From Basidiobolus meristosporus CBS 931.73 (lineage: Eukaryota > Fungi > Basidiobolomycota): a stretch of DNA of 64,000 nt. The notes beneath the pieces were generated by a model, which was not told the origin of the DNA, did not search any database, and saw only the letters and a list, made by a program, of their open reading frames with translations. Position numbers and translations under genes: made by a program. The stretch spans positions 43,915-107,914 of the forward strand of contig MCFE01000265.1 of NCBI GenBank assembly GCA_002104905.1. Direction: 5' to 3'. Shown in pieces: positions 25,440-39,317 of this stretch. The stretch's first letter is position 1; every line of letters begins with the position of its first letter.

Positions 25440-28300
25440 GAATGTTCTATTTTGCAATGAATCTGTTCCCTCTGCTGAAAAGCTGAAGGGATCCAACTAC
25501 CAAATGTTAAAGGTGAAGAGGAAGATGCTGCTGCAGGAAAGAGTCCTTTGTGGTATTATTATAGGAAAGAATGCTCTCTGCATAATCTAGGAGAGGGGGC
25601 CTTAAAGTATTAGAAGAAAGAACAAGGTGCCTTGAACCACATATGCCTTAATGTCAAAGACAAAATGCTAACTCAATGCTCAAGAGAGAAAATTGCAAAC
25701 AATGCCTGGAAGGTATTAAAAGATACCTACCAGTCATGTTCAGCTGCCAAGAAAATGTATCATAGACAAAATCCATTACTTGAAAGATATTACCAGCCAA
25801 AGAACTGATAGATCTAATTGAAAGTGTTATCCTGTTAATTGATGAGATGGAATCAGTGGGTGTAGCAGCTACTGCTAAAAATGTGATAGTTACCATGCAG
25901 AATAGCATGAAAGACACATTTCAAGGCCTTGTAACAGCCCTGGACTTCAGAACTGAAGATTTAATCTTCTATACATATATGAAAGGCTCTTGGACAAAGA
26001 ATATAGAGAATTTAGTGCCAAAAAGAAGGAAGAAGAAAGTGTTTTGATTAGTTATGATAACCAACAAAGGATGCACTTGAGACCCTTTAAAGGCAACAGC
26101 AACCTGTTTTGTACCTATTGCAAAAGCAAAGGACACATCAGACTGGTGCCTTAAAAAGAGAGATAATCAGCAACAAAGGCCTGAACAAGGAAATGCTGCA
26201 ACAACTGAGATTGAAATACACAAATCTGCAATAAATATGGCCACAAGCAATAATTCTCAGATGTGGTATATTGATTGTGGAGCATTCCAACACCTGATAC
26301 ACCAAAAAGAACTTTTACCCAATATTAAGATATTTTAATCAAAAAGGTTTTCATGTGTAACAATAGAATACAGCATGCTGTTGGAAAAGGAACTATCCAA
26401 GTTAACCTCAGAAGCTGGAGCACTGTGAAATCTGCAAATATAGCATATAAGCCAGACTACTGTTGAATGGCTCTGGGGTAGTCAAAACTAAGAAAAAATT
26501 AGATCTAATTTGTGCAGGTATATGAGAACATATGAAATATTCCTACTTAGAAGGACTGAAATAGTTGACTATATTTGCTGATAAATAAGTAAGACACACA
26601 TGGATCTACTTCATGTAAAGAAAGGACAAAGCCCTTTCAAAGTTAGGCAGCCCAAAGTCCTAGTGGAGAAAGAAACTGGTGAAAAAATCAGGAAACTATG
26701 ATTGGCCAATGGTGGAGAACATACCTCAAACATCTTCATCCACATCTGCAAAGTTCATGGCACAAAGTAAGAGACTACTGTAGTATACTCTCCACAGCAA
26801 AATGAAGTATCCCAATGTGCTAACAGTCCAATAATATTCACAGCAAGATCTATGATCAATGATCAAAAATTATCCAATAATTCTGCAATGGAATCAGTCA
26901 CTACTAATGCATTTCTCAAAAATAGGAGTTATAGCAGAATAATCTGTGATTTTACCCATCTGAGGTATGGTATGAATATAGACCAGTGGCAGAACATCTA
27001 AGAATACTTGGGTGCACAGAATATGCCAAGAAACTGCCTGGAACTCAGTAAAAATTTGAGAAAAAGAGTGTGAGGTGGATATTGTTGGGCTACTCCAATG
27101 AGTGTAAAGCACACAGACTCTAAAATACCAAAGCAAATTAGCTGATCAAGTCCAGGGATGTGTTGTTTGATGAAAACTCAAGATTTCACAAAAAAATGAC
27201 ATCAGATGATGACAAGGATCTTATCTCAAATCCACCAATAGTCAGGTTCAAATCAGAACAAAACAATAAAGATATTTTCATTCCAGAGTACTCTACCACT
27301 GTGGCTCAGCCTAAATTGGTGCCCAGCTATATCCCAGAAGTGTCTATTATAGTATTACGTGGCAGAGGACCTAACCAGATGAAGCATAGCCCAAATTATT
27401 ATATCAATGATGGTACAAACATAGCCTATGCTTATTCAGTCCATGCTACTGAGCCCCAGACTGTGGCAAAGGCCGTAGATAGCACTTGGACAAAGCTTTG
27501 GAGATCAGCAAAGTCTGTGGGGTATCAGGCCCTGATAGAAAATTAAACTTGGGACTTGGTCAAATTACCTTTTAACCAAAAATCAATTTGATGAAGATGA
27601 GACTTTGAGACCAAGTACAAGACAGATGGCACAATTGAAAGATACAAAGCAAGGCTTGTGGCCAAAGAATACTCTCAGACAAAAGGACAGGACAATACTA
27701 AAATCTTTGCACTTGTAGCCAAGTTTATTTCCACCTGACTAATATTGATTTAAGCAGGTAAATAAAGGTTTTTATTCATCCATCAGTTGTAAATACAGCA
27801 TTTTGGAATGGAGAACATCATGGCAATGTTGACATGTGCCAGCCTAATGGGCTTATTGATTTTGATAACCCTCACTTAGTCTGCAAGCTAAAAAGTATAT
27901 ATATAGTCTTATACAACCACTGAGAGCCTGGAGTTGCAATATAGAAGATTTTTGGAATCTTTGTATGTTCAGAGAGGTACTGCAGACTATAGTGTCTAAT
28001 GTAAGCAAGATGGAGCAAAGTGTGTGCTATAAGCTCTAAATAGCAATGATCTTACTATAACAACCATTAACCACAAAACCTTAGAAGAGACTAAGAATAG
28101 CCTACCTCAGAAGTTAAAGATGTCCCATTTATGAGCACTCAGTTATCACTTGGGGATAAAGTGCTCCATAGACAGAAGTACTCAGACTTTCATCCTATGT
28201 CAGTTCAAGTATATTTGGGATATACTTTGGAAGTACAATTTGAAAGAATGAAAATCTACAAACATCCTCATCAAGCTCTGCATTCAAAAAAGCAGTTTAT
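25440..28300 (+). mobile_element. Heavily degenerate Ty1/copia element C (gag-PR-IN-RT)
   Basis: Zinc knuckle YCKSKGH (~26110), WYIDCGAFQHL (~26265), SPQQNEVSQCAN (~26790), ERYKARLVAKEYSQ (~27640); many stops and frameshifts. Confidence 0.8.
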
Positions 28301-28309
28301 ACATTCAAT

Positions 28310-28600
28310 TGACAAATAAAAAATTTTATTTTGCTACAATAGTCCATATTAGTCTGATAGATTTATACTTGGCCACTAGTGCAAAGGTCCCAGTGTAGCT
28401 CAGTCCTTTAGTTTGAGAGTATTCTTTGGCCTTAGGTCTTACTGAGTTTCTTTCAACTGTAACATCAGCCTAGTATTCTGCATTGAGGACCTATCTGCAT
28501 CCAATTGGTTTTTGGTTAGTTGATAATTTGACTAAGTCCTAAATTTGATTTTCAATCAGGGACTGATACACTGCATTATTTTTTGGCAGCATATATATGG
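28310..28600 (-). mobile_element. Copia RT N-terminal fragment, inverted relative to element C
   Basis: Minus strand YQSLIENQI*DLVKLSTNQKPIGCR...KAKEYSQTKG. Confidence 0.7.
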
Positions 28601-28754
28601 TAGTGAGTCAAACCAGTGGGGAGGTAATGTTACATATACATATACCAGTAATACCCCCTCTGAAGAAGCTTGTACAGTCCAACAAATGTTGTGAAGCTAT
28701 AGAGTACTGCTCTCAGTATCAATACGGTGAAAATATTTCCAATATGCCTGATGG

Positions 28755-29103
28755 TGTTGTAAAAATTTGTAATTCCACCCAAATATTCACCTAACTTAGT
28801 CACTTAGATCATTACCCTCAAATCCTAGAGAATACTGACCAAATTCCTTGTTGGGATTTACTTCAAGTATTTTCACCAAAATACCAGGTACCCAGAACAT
28901 GAAAATTCTCAAAGTTGTCCAAGCAGCCCCAAACTTTGCACACATATTCTTGGGACCTTCCTTAACCTATTCTACGTGTTTGTAATGCCAAGACCATGTA
29001 AAAGTATAAATACTACTTTTACACTCAATAAATCATTAAGTAAAAACCACATTATCTACTTGTCCTCCCAATCACTTCCAATATCTCCAAGACTCTTACA
29101 ACA
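28755..29103 (+). mobile_element. Solo LTR of copia family B with near-perfect TSD
   Basis: TGTTG...CAACA, 349 bp, flanked by GATGG/GATAG (one G>A difference). Confidence 0.85.
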
Positions 29104-29280
29104 GATAGCACACATTACAAACAACTAAGAAACATGGGCTACTTTCAAGGCATGTATGACCATACCTTTGCCTTGCACTTGATAGGTTCTCATTAAGCAA
29201 GTAGTCTACCTGCAAATCTGGCTGGCCACTGGTTCTCATCAACTTTAATCCACCATGTATTTTCTAGTACCAGAGCAGAA

Positions 29281-29380
29281 CACTCCCTATAAAAAATCTC
29301 AGACTTGAAATTCATCTAATTTTTAGCTGGTATTTTGCTGGTATTCTGATGGTGTTTTGCTGGTATTCAGCTGGTGTTTT
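29281..29380 (+). repeat. Putative CACTA/CMC left terminus with 5 x 11-bp subterminal repeats
   Basis: CACTCCCTATAAAAAATC at 29281, then GCTGGTATTTT-type units at 29326-29380; inverted counterpart at ~51335-51428. Confidence 0.55.
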
Positions 29381-29619
29381 AGGTTCATAATCTCAAATGC
29401 AATTTCTGATTGAAGTAGTGGGCAACTAATTACCAAATATGGCAAGGATGCTGGTTTGTCTAGTCTCCTCCTGGAGAACTTGTTTGCTTGCCTGCCCATC
29501 AGCTCAAAACAGAGATATTGAGAGTTGTCAATTTTGAGAAACTTAGAATTCAGCTGATACTATGATGGTGTTTTGCTTGCCTTCTCTCAATTTTTTTTCT
29601 TAGAGGCTGATGTAAGTCT

Positions 29620-31340
29620 CACTGGTATCAGGGCCTAAATCATTGTCCAACCTTGACAGCTACCTGTATCCTTTTCTAGGTGAGCTTTGTAGGCTTTCAA
29701 GTACAATATTACTAAGTTGTCATCATATCATAGTGCATATTATTGTCTGCATTGGAGATACCCCAGCCATCAGCAAGATAGCGGGCTTTTCTGGCACAAT
29801 GGATGGTATTTCTGGAGAATATGTGAGATCCAAGGGATTTATCAATAACTCAAATACATTATTATTATGCAAACACCAGTACCAAGATTATCATCATTTC
29901 ACAGAGGGAACATACAGAAGTTGGCATGCAATTACAACAGAGTTGGCAAGCTTTAAGCCATCAGGCAGAATACAGAATTAATTCAAAACCAAGATATTTA
30001 AGATAGCAGGTATCTGCTAGAGCAAAAGCTCTCCACCGGGAGCATTTTATTTACTTTTCAACAATATCCATATACTAATGACCAAGCTATCCATGGGGCA
30101 TTTAAGCTGGATAAGCCCACTAAGATACTGGAGAAACTTGAAAGAGTTAGCAAGATATCACAGAGTATCTGCTACCCAAAATATTTCTTATGGGCTTCAA
30201 TTAAGATTCATACACAAATGCAGCTTTAAAATTTGTAATTCCACCTAAATATTCACCCAACTTAGTCACTTAGATAATCACCTGTAAATCCTAGAGAATA
30301 CAGACCAAACTCCTTGTTGGGATTTACTTGGAATTTTTACCAAAATACCAGGTACCCCAAACATGAGAATTCTTAAAGTTGTCCAAACAGCCCCAAACTT
30401 TGCTCACATGTTCTTGGGACCTTCCTTAATCTATTCTATGTGCTTATTATGCCAAGACCAGTTAAAAATATATATACTCATCAAGTGAGAACCACATAAT
30501 CTACATGTCCTCCCAATCACTTCCAATATCTCCAAGACTCATTCAATAAATCATTAAGTGAAACCACATAGTCTACTTGTCCGCCCAATCACTTCCAATA
30601 TCTCCAAAACTCTTAGAACATATGCAACAATACAAACCAAGATACTTAAGATAGCAGGTATCTGCTATAGCAAAAGCTCTCCACTGGGAGGAATGCATTT
30701 GTTTTTTAACAGTATCCCTATACTGATGACCAAGTTGTACATGGGGCATTTCAGCCTAAATGAGCCACTTGATATGCCAGAGAAATTTTTAAGAATTGGC
30801 AAGACATCAAAGTGTATCTGCTACTCAAAATATTTCTCATGGACTACAATTAATAATCATATGCATAGACAACAACACAAGTGCAAGGACTGGATGAACT
30901 GGATATGTATGTATTCAAGTGTGCTTCTGAAGCCATTTCTACCAAGAGTAAATTGGAAGCATCAGGAGTCATATAGTGAAATTGTTGGAATATTTCTCTG
31001 TAAGTAGATCACCAATGCCAACTTAGAACATCTACAGCTTTTATGCAAGAAGATTGCAATGGGACTTGAGTGGCTATGCTACAAGCATAAAGCCAAACAT
31101 GTAGATCTATGATGCCACTGTTTCCATTCTCTACTGCATCTTGCTTGGTTGGTGGAAAATATTAGGCCTTGCTTCACCATTTGGGAGTTTCCTACAGAGC
31201 AGCTGTGTGGGGAGATAGGAAGACTAGTCAAGTTGCAGGTACAATCATATGCCAATCTCATCAGCAATGATACCATCTAGTCTGTCATGGGTGTATTGAG
31301 TTGGCACATGGAGACACCTATGGCTTTGGCATCAAGAAGC
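29620..31340 (+). pseudogene. CACTA/EnSpm (CMC) transposase remnant, interrupted by an LTR
   Basis: GP..NLDSYLYPFLGEL, IGDTPAISKIAGFSG, MHLFFN, KCKDWMNWICMYSSVLLKPFLP, HSLLHL...WEFPTEQLCG...YANL match the TNP2/DUF4218 layout. Confidence 0.8.
30226..30620 (+). mobile_element. Copia family B LTR with ~70-bp internal tandem duplication
   Basis: Similar to 28755-29103; the 3' block (accacata.tctac.tgtc...ccaatatctccaa) occurs twice. Confidence 0.75.
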
Positions 31341-31789
31341 TAAGCAGCCATAATGCATGGGTAAGAAGTGAAGTAATTCAGGGTCAGGTTGGGCTCAACA
31401 GGCCGCTAATTTTTATTATGACAACTTAATCAAAGTATGCCTGGTTTCTCCTGTTCACAAGCCAATCTTTACATCATTCAATACAGAACTCACACAAACA
31501 AGAGCCAGAGCACACCTATAAGGGGAACTAGAACTCTACACAACAGGGAGAAGGAATGTACTGGTTGAATATCAAGAAGTTCTTTCCTGATGTCCAGGAG
31601 GTATATAGGGCAAAAGTGGCCGCAACCAAGCACATGGTTGCAAGATATATATGCTACCAGCAAAACAAGGTATATTGGAATTTTGCAAGTATCATTTCAA
31701 AGCCCTGAAGTTGAGGTGATAAACAAGTGTCCATTGCAGAGGGTGTGAGTCTATGTAGTAGTCAGTAAGCAGGAGGTAATAGTTTGTTT

Positions 31790-33800
31790 TGAGTCAAAGT
31801 ATATGTGGAATAGCCCAGTTAGTATTAGGTGAGCAAATAAAGATGGGTAACTCTACCATGGAATATATGAATGGTGCAACAGGAGGTAGAAAGAGAACAC
31901 CATTTCTAAATTGGTATGGCTGCATTATATAGAACTATCTGTAGGCTGCCATGCAACCATATTGATTCTAGCAGAGGTGAGCAATGAGGCTGTCAGAACT
32001 ACATCAAGTTTGCTGCCATATAAGGTAGTTAGATGTATTGACTGGCTAGGCTGGCTCAAATAAATCAAGAGTGCATTAAGACTGATGAAATTCCAGGCAA
32101 TTGTTGTCCAAAGATTGCAAAAACACTGTCATGTTCTTTACAATATGATAGTAAAATTAGCAAGACACCATTACAATCCCATCATAAGGTTTGACAGGGG
32201 GTTAGTAATGTCAAGCTGCTGGTATTATGATGGACCCTTACAGGATCTGACTGACTGATCTGGATTGGATCCACCAACAGGAACATATTATATTCATACA
32301 GAAATGTGGCATAGGGCCACACAGAACTGAGTGTGAAGCATAGCTCCTCATCTTTATGCAAAGCAGCCTCTGTATTTCACCCATTGTGCTGGGAAAATTC
32401 ATTTTTTGACCTTTTTTTTGGATCAATGTTGTGCAGAAGGTGTAAGAGCACAAAAAGATTGAAATCATGCATCTGGTACTTAATACCCAGGGCACATTGA
32501 ACAAGCTAGTACCATAGGGTTCAAGGCTCTGAGCTTGGTGGTTATATGGTGAGTTGTCATCAATTTACCAATATGTCATACTTTCACTTGCTTCACAAAG
32601 CTACTTTTGACTCTGGAATACAATGCTCTGGCTTTCTGAAAGCTTTAGGTTCCTTTATCTTAAAAATGGCAAAGATCTCTAGGTCAACCCACCCAGTGAG
32701 TTAAGGCTGCCCACACTGATCTATGCACTATATGATATTGTGTAACCTGTTCTGTTGCTGATAGAGCATCAGACAACTTGCTGTTTTCCCAGAGCAGTAA
32801 GTACTCTCCAAGTCAAACTCTGAAAGTATTTACTCTATCTATCATACACCTAGGTGGCTCCTTCTGAGTAAGTGGTACTCAACTGAGAGATGGTTAGTCC
32901 CTAACTATCTCAGGCTCATTAAGTGTTGCAGTTCCATACTATTAAATAATCTTGGGAGGTCACTATTTTCTTCTTATGTGCAGGGTTGCTTGATCCTACT
33001 GATCTTATTTTCATATGTTTAATTGTGACTGGGCATTGATTTTTATTGTTGACCAAATACTTCATCATTTGCATAGTTCTTGTTTCTTGGCAATAAGTAT
33101 GCTCTTGACCTGAAGTTGACTGTTGCTTAGCTTAATAGCACTTAGAAACAGCAAGCATCAAGAGTGCTGCAATGCCCCAGAGATATCAGGAAACTGAACA
33201 GAGATCAGAGGAGAAAGAAATATGCATAGAGCAATCACTGTTTCAGGTGTAGAATGCTTTCACTTTATTTCATATAGGGGGATCAAGGAGCTTGACATGT
33301 TGGACCAGAATTATGTCATTTCTCAGCATAACAATCAACAAAGATTGTACAATGCCTGCAGCAAAACACAGTACTTAAGAATACAGTTGACCTTATGAAT
33401 GTTTGCTGAGTCCTATATATGGGTTTCAGTTGAGTGAATTATCAGGGCTTCACAACAAGGCTGGAACAGTGCCAATAACTTAGAGCTCTTCACCTTACTG
33501 AGATCATGGAGGTGGGACTGTGGTATACTTAAGTGCTATGACAGCAAATATAGCATCAAGCTTGGTAACTTTTTGTTGTCTTAATAGTCTGGTTTGCATA
33601 GCATTGAAATAGTCCTAGTACTAGCAACCCATTCTGATAGGACCTGACATGTATGCGTCTGCAGTTGCCCAACATGCAAAAATCCAGAGAGTGTTTTAGT
33701 GGCATTGATGTGGATTGTGGTGAACTTTGTCATGTCATTATGGCACTCTCAAGCAGGTCTAGTGTAATGCTACTATGCCTATATACCAAAAGGCTACTAA
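31790..33800 (-). mobile_element. Degenerate Ty3/gypsy integrase region
   Basis: 31790-32270 is a diverged inverted copy of 39318-39810; 32900-33800 has weak integrase-like words (SLVVKP**FTQLKPI). Stop-ridden. Confidence 0.35.
32330..32500 (+). mobile_element. Arm fragment of the Pangu-like MITE family
   Basis: Matches 59990-60130 (tttcacccattgtgctgg.aaaat...tgtaagagcaca). Confidence 0.7.
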
Positions 33801-33925
33801 CTTCTCTGTCTCCCCTTGTCATATTAAAATAGCATACTAAAGAATCTCGCCTGTTATTGCCTACACAGTTATCATATGTACTTGACATATAGGAATTGTC
33901 TTGTTTGATATTGTCACATGGTATC

Positions 33926-36900
33926 TGTTGAAATATTGGACTATTTGGTATCATTCAGCCGCTAAAAATTTACTTAACAATTCTAAACTAGTCTTATACA
34001 CTGTAGGACTCATTTACTGCCTTAACTTTGCCACTTTCTCCAGATATATGATCCTATGATTATTCCCCTATAGTCAGGATCAAATTAACACTATTACCAA
34101 ACATTATATACTAACCCTGAAACTGTTACAGAATGCTCCTGAATATTGAGAAACCCTCCCTACTTAGTGTTGCAGCTGTATTACTTCTACAAAGGTATAA
34201 ATACTGAGCTTCTTTATGAATAAACAACAGTTTATCTATTATCACTATTTCCTGATAAGTTCCTTATATCCAAATCACTTCTTAAATTGCAACAGGTTAT
34301 GAGCCCCAATTGCCTTAATCTATTCTAAAGATGACTTCTACCAGCAAACAAAGCAATACCAACATCTTCCCTTTAAAGGAGAGGTTTGATGGGAAGAACT
34401 ACAGACTCTGGAGAATCAAGATGCAGATCCACCTTGAGAAAAGAAAGCTTTGGAACATAGTAACAGGAAAGGAAATTGAGCCCAAAGGAACAGCAGAAGA
34501 TGTGGAGAAGTTTCAAGAGAAGGAAAGATAGGCCTTCAATGCCATATGCATCAATGTGCAAGACTCCTTCATTGGACAAATCCATGCCTCAAGTACTGCC
34601 AAAGCAGCATGGGAATCCTTAGAGAAGATCTTTAGAGCAAAGTCAGTATCAAGCAAGCTTTATTTGACGCAAGAGTTCTTCAACATTAGGAAGAAGCCAG
34701 ATGATGACATGCTACAACTCATTACCAGAATGGCAACACTTGCAGAAGAACTTTACAGTATTAATGCTGGTGTAGATGATGAAGAGAAGATACTATGTCT
34801 GCTTTGCAGCTTACCAGACAAGTATGAGCCACTCATACTTTCTTTTGAAAGCAGAGAAGACAACTTGACTTTAGACTATGTCAAAGGAACACTTCTCCAT
34901 GAAGAACTCAGACGTAATGATCAAGCAGAGAAAATTGAAGATAATGCTTTATTCAGTTCAGAAAGGCATACAGAAAAGAAGGGAAAGCAACAAAACCAAA
35001 GAAAACCTGGCTGCTGTAACTACTGTAAGAAGCCAGGACACTGGGCAAGAGAATGCAAGAAGAAACAAGCAGACAAAAAACAGAAACTGGAGCAGGCAAA
35101 CTATATAAATACTGATGAACAGTTATTTGTAACTGTACAAGAGAGTGCAAGTAACCAAACTAATGAATGGTATATTGATTCTGGAGCATCACAGCATATT
35201 TGTGGTATAAAGGAGTGGTTCAGCAACTTAAAGACTTTTGCCGTAAGAAAGGTTTTTCTGGGAGATAACTCTGCATTGGAAGCTACTGCCAGTGGGTCTA
35301 AACAACTAAATATGAGTGATAACTCAGGGGCAACAACAGCAAAACTGACTGACATACTCTATGTACCTGGAATAGCTAAGAACCTACTCCCAGTCAGTAA
35401 AGCAACTACTCAGGGACTGAAATTTGTTTTTACTAAGCTGGGCTGATCAATATTGAGTGAAAATGGACAAAAATTAGCTTCGGGAATCAGAGATCACAAT
35501 ATATACAAGTTACAATGCGAGATCATTGTACCTGGGTATGTCAACATTGCTGAAACTGATAAAACCAGCTGGGAGACGTGGCATAGGAGGCTAGGACACA
35601 TAGGGGATCAGAAAATGAGCCAATTGGTGAAAAATCGTCTTGTTTTGGGCCCAAAATACTCAATTCTGAACAAATTGAATGTTTGTAAGGGATGTTCACA
35701 CGGCAAACAAGCTAGGCAACATTTCAAGAGCTTGGAAGGCATCAATACCACCAAAATATTGGCTATTGTACACTCAGACATATGTGGACCCATGAGAACA
35801 CTCTGTTTTGGAGCCAAGAGATACTCTATGACGTTTATTGATGACAAGACAAGATATACATAGGTGTACTTCCTCAAAACAAAGGATGAAGCTTTAGGGA
35901 CGTTTAAGCACTTCAATAACATGGCAGAGACACAAACTGGGTGTAAATTGAAGGTACTACAAAGTGACAATGGAGGAGAATACTGCTCAAAGGAGTTTGC
36001 AAAATACTGCTTGTCTACTGGTATACTTCAACAGACCACAGTTCCTCATACTCCACAGCAAAATGGAGTAGCAGAACGTGCAAATAGAACAATAGTAGAG
36101 ATGGGAAGATCTATGCTACATGATAAGGGAATGGACTACAGGTTTTGGGCTGAATCTGTTGCTACCGCTGTATACATCAAGAGCAGATGCCCAACAACAG
36201 CACTACGTGATTCTACACTCTTTGAAGCATATACAGGCAAAAAACCAGGTCTCCAGCACCTCAGGATCTTTGGCAGCGATGATTTTTATCACATCCCTGA
36301 CAAAAAACGCTCAAAGTTGGAACCAAAGAGTAGGAAAGGGATCTTTCTTGGGTATTGTGAAGATACTAAAGGGTATAGAGTGTATGATGGCAAAGTTCAG
36401 AAGCTGATCAAGAGCAGGAACGTTGTATTTGAGGAGAATTCAGATCAGAAAGCCACAGAAATCATTGGCCAGCTGCCTGATGATGCAATCAACACAAATG
36501 AAGAAGATACATACCAAATCCAGCCAGAGATGGAAGATACCTCTACCAGTTCCAGATCAGAACAGATTATCCCAGTTAGGAGATCAACCAGAATAAGAAA
36601 TGCCCCTGGATCCTGGTGGCAAACATCCAATGATCAGGAAGAAGCTTATCTTGCCTTATGTGCCAAACCTCAGAATCTGGAACAGGCAATGCAAGGTCCA
36701 GATGCTACTAAGTAGCAACAAGCCATGCAGGAGAAGTACTAATTACTGATCAAGGCAAAAATGTGGGAACTGGTAGATTTACCAAATGGGAGAAAGCCAA
36801 TAGGATGTAGATGGGTCTACAAGATCAAGATAACCTCAAATGGTGCCGTTGATAGGTACAACGCTAGATTGGTTGCTAAAGGCTATTCCCAGATCCAGCA

Positions 36901-38612
36901 ACTAGACTTTACAGAAACATTTGCTCCGGTTGCCAAGTTTAACTCTATTAGGACAGTTCTAGCCCTGGCAGCTGTACACAGTCTAGATCTACACCAAATG
37001 GACGTCAGAACAGCCTTTCTAAATGGTGATTTGCAAGAAACTATATATGTGGAGCAACCAGAAGGTTTTACCGATCCAAAAGGCCCCCATAAGTTGTGCA
37101 AACTTAGAAAATTGTGGTATGGGCTTAAGCAGGCACCCAGAGCATGGTATAACAAGATTGACACATATCTAGAGGAAATTGGGTTCTCTTGTAGCACTGC
37201 AGATCACAGTATATATGTGAACCAGCTCAAAAAGGGTGTGATCATCCTAGTTCTTTATGTGAACAACCTAATTATAGCTATAAGTGATCAAGAGGCACTT
37301 AAACAGGATAAATCAGATCTCTTCAGCAAGCTTGAGATGAAAGATCTTGGAAAATTGAGCTATTTTCTTGGAATTGAGGTCAAATTTGACATACCTATGC
37401 AGAGAATTGTGCTTAGTCAGTCTCAGTACATCAGGGACATTCTTAGATGCTTCAAAATGGAAAATTGCAAACCTGCAGCAACCCCTATGGACAATACCTT
37501 GAAATTAAGCAAATCTCAGCCAGTTATAACTGAAAACGGCTCAAATATGGACCAAAATTTTTCCCCATCAATCAATGGTTGGTAGCCAAATGTACCTGAT
37601 GGTGTCTACACGTCCAGATATTGCAGTAGCAGTTGGAATAGTCAGTCAATTCATGCAGAATTATGGATCAGATCAAATGGCAACAGTTAAGCGGATTTTC
37701 AGATATCTACAAGGTACCATAAATATGTTACTGGAATACTCTGGAGCAGCTAATAGGCAAAAATTTGATGGTTATAGTGATTCAGATTGGGGTAGGGATC
37801 TGATTGACAGATGCTCTTCCACAGGCTATGTATCTCTTTATGCTGGTGCAGCTATTACTTGGAATTGCAAGAAACAACCAACTGTGGAACTATCTACAAC
37901 TGAAGCCAAATATATGGCTGCATGTCAAGCAACTAAGGAGGCTATATGGCTACAAAAATTATTCAAAGACTTAGGTTTTATTTCAGGTGAACCAACATGT
38001 ATTCACAAGGATAATCAAAGTTGTATTTCATTAGCTAGAAATCCTACTAATCATGCCAGAACTAAGCACATTGATATACAGCATCATTTTGTGAGGGAAG
38101 CTGTAGAAAATAACTTAGTGGAGTTAACTTATTGCCCAACTGACAAAATGGTGGCAGATATATTGACAAAACCACTAGCTAGGCCACAGTTTGAGATCCT
38201 TAGAGAGAAATTGGGATTAAGAAATTATTTAGTTGAGGGGGAGTGTTGAAATATTGGACTATTTGGTATCATTCAGCAGCTAAAAATTTACTTAACAATT
38301 CTAGACTAGTCTTAGTTACTGTAGGACTCATTTATTGCCTTAACTTTGCCACTTTCTCCAGATATATGATCCTATGATTATTCCCCTATAGTCAGGATCA
38401 AATTAACACTATTACCAAACATTATGTACTAACCCTGAAACTGTTACAGAATGCTCCTGAATATTGAGAAACCCTCCTTACTTAGTGTTACAGCTGTATT
38501 ACTTCTACAAAGGTATAAATACTGAGCTTCTTTATGAATAAACAACAGTTCAACAATTATCACTATTTCTTGATAAGTTCCTTATATCCAAATCTCTTCT
38601 TAGATTGCAACA
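33926..38612 (+). mobile_element. Full-length but inactivated Ty1/copia element A (4687 bp)
   Basis: Two 369-bp LTRs (33926-34294, 38244-38612; TGTTG...CAACA; ~15 differences), PBS GGTTATGAGCCC at 34295 (internal tRNA-iMet type), PPT GAGGGGGAG at 38235-38243. No TSD (GTATC/TCTCT). Confidence 0.95.
34331..38249 (+). pseudogene. Copia gag-pol polyprotein with five in-frame stops and one +1 frameshift
   Basis: CNYCKKPGHWAREC, WYIDSGAS, HSDICGP/DNGGEY/NGVAERANR, RT with YVNN, YSDSDW. Stops at 34529, 35444, 35861, 36713, 36740; extra T near 37560. Confidence 0.93.
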
Positions 38613-39290
38613 TCTCTTTGGTATGACTAGCTTCCATATGTGTGCCACTAAAATAAAGCAAAGTTTTCTGGTTCCCTACCAAACCCACTACCAACGGCAG
38701 CATATAATTGATTGGACAACAGCTTGTGTTGACATTCAGTGCAAAAAGCAGGGCAACATCCAAAAAAGGCTATATTAACAGTGTGCCCACTCAGGGTAAT
38801 AATGTGAACTCCTCAAGCTCTCAGTCAAGTAGGCAATTGAGAATATCTGTGAAGCTGCAAGCTGACTGTAATGCTCAGGCACATGAGAATGCCGCAACAC
38901 AGTACCTCTAGTTGAAGACCTGCAAATGGCTATAATAACATTGCCTCCACCCTTATTTGCATGCATGTTGTCAGCTCATACCAAAGTATCAATGTGTCAT
39001 TTAGATGCAGTGACCCAGAGAAATCTGGAAGCTCTCCAGAAACAGAATAAGCAGGTAGTACAAGTAGCACTATCAATATCCTGGCAGAGAATGCAATATT
39101 GTTGCTGCAAAGAAGCAACTTGAGTAGCTCAATGACACAGCCAAGAATTGAGCCATTTTCTAATGAAACAGCAGAGGAGCATTGTAAAATCTTTGAAGCA
39201 CTATAACTGTACCCAAAAATAATCCCCCAGAAAAACCCAACTCAGCATAGGAGGGGAGACTCTGGTGCATATATCAAAGCCTAGAAATCA
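38613..39290 (+). mobile_element. Repeat family X, partial copy
   Basis: Aligns to 18985-19650. Confidence 0.75.
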
Positions 39291-39317
39291 CCCTATGAAA
39301 AAGAACTTGGCCCAGCA

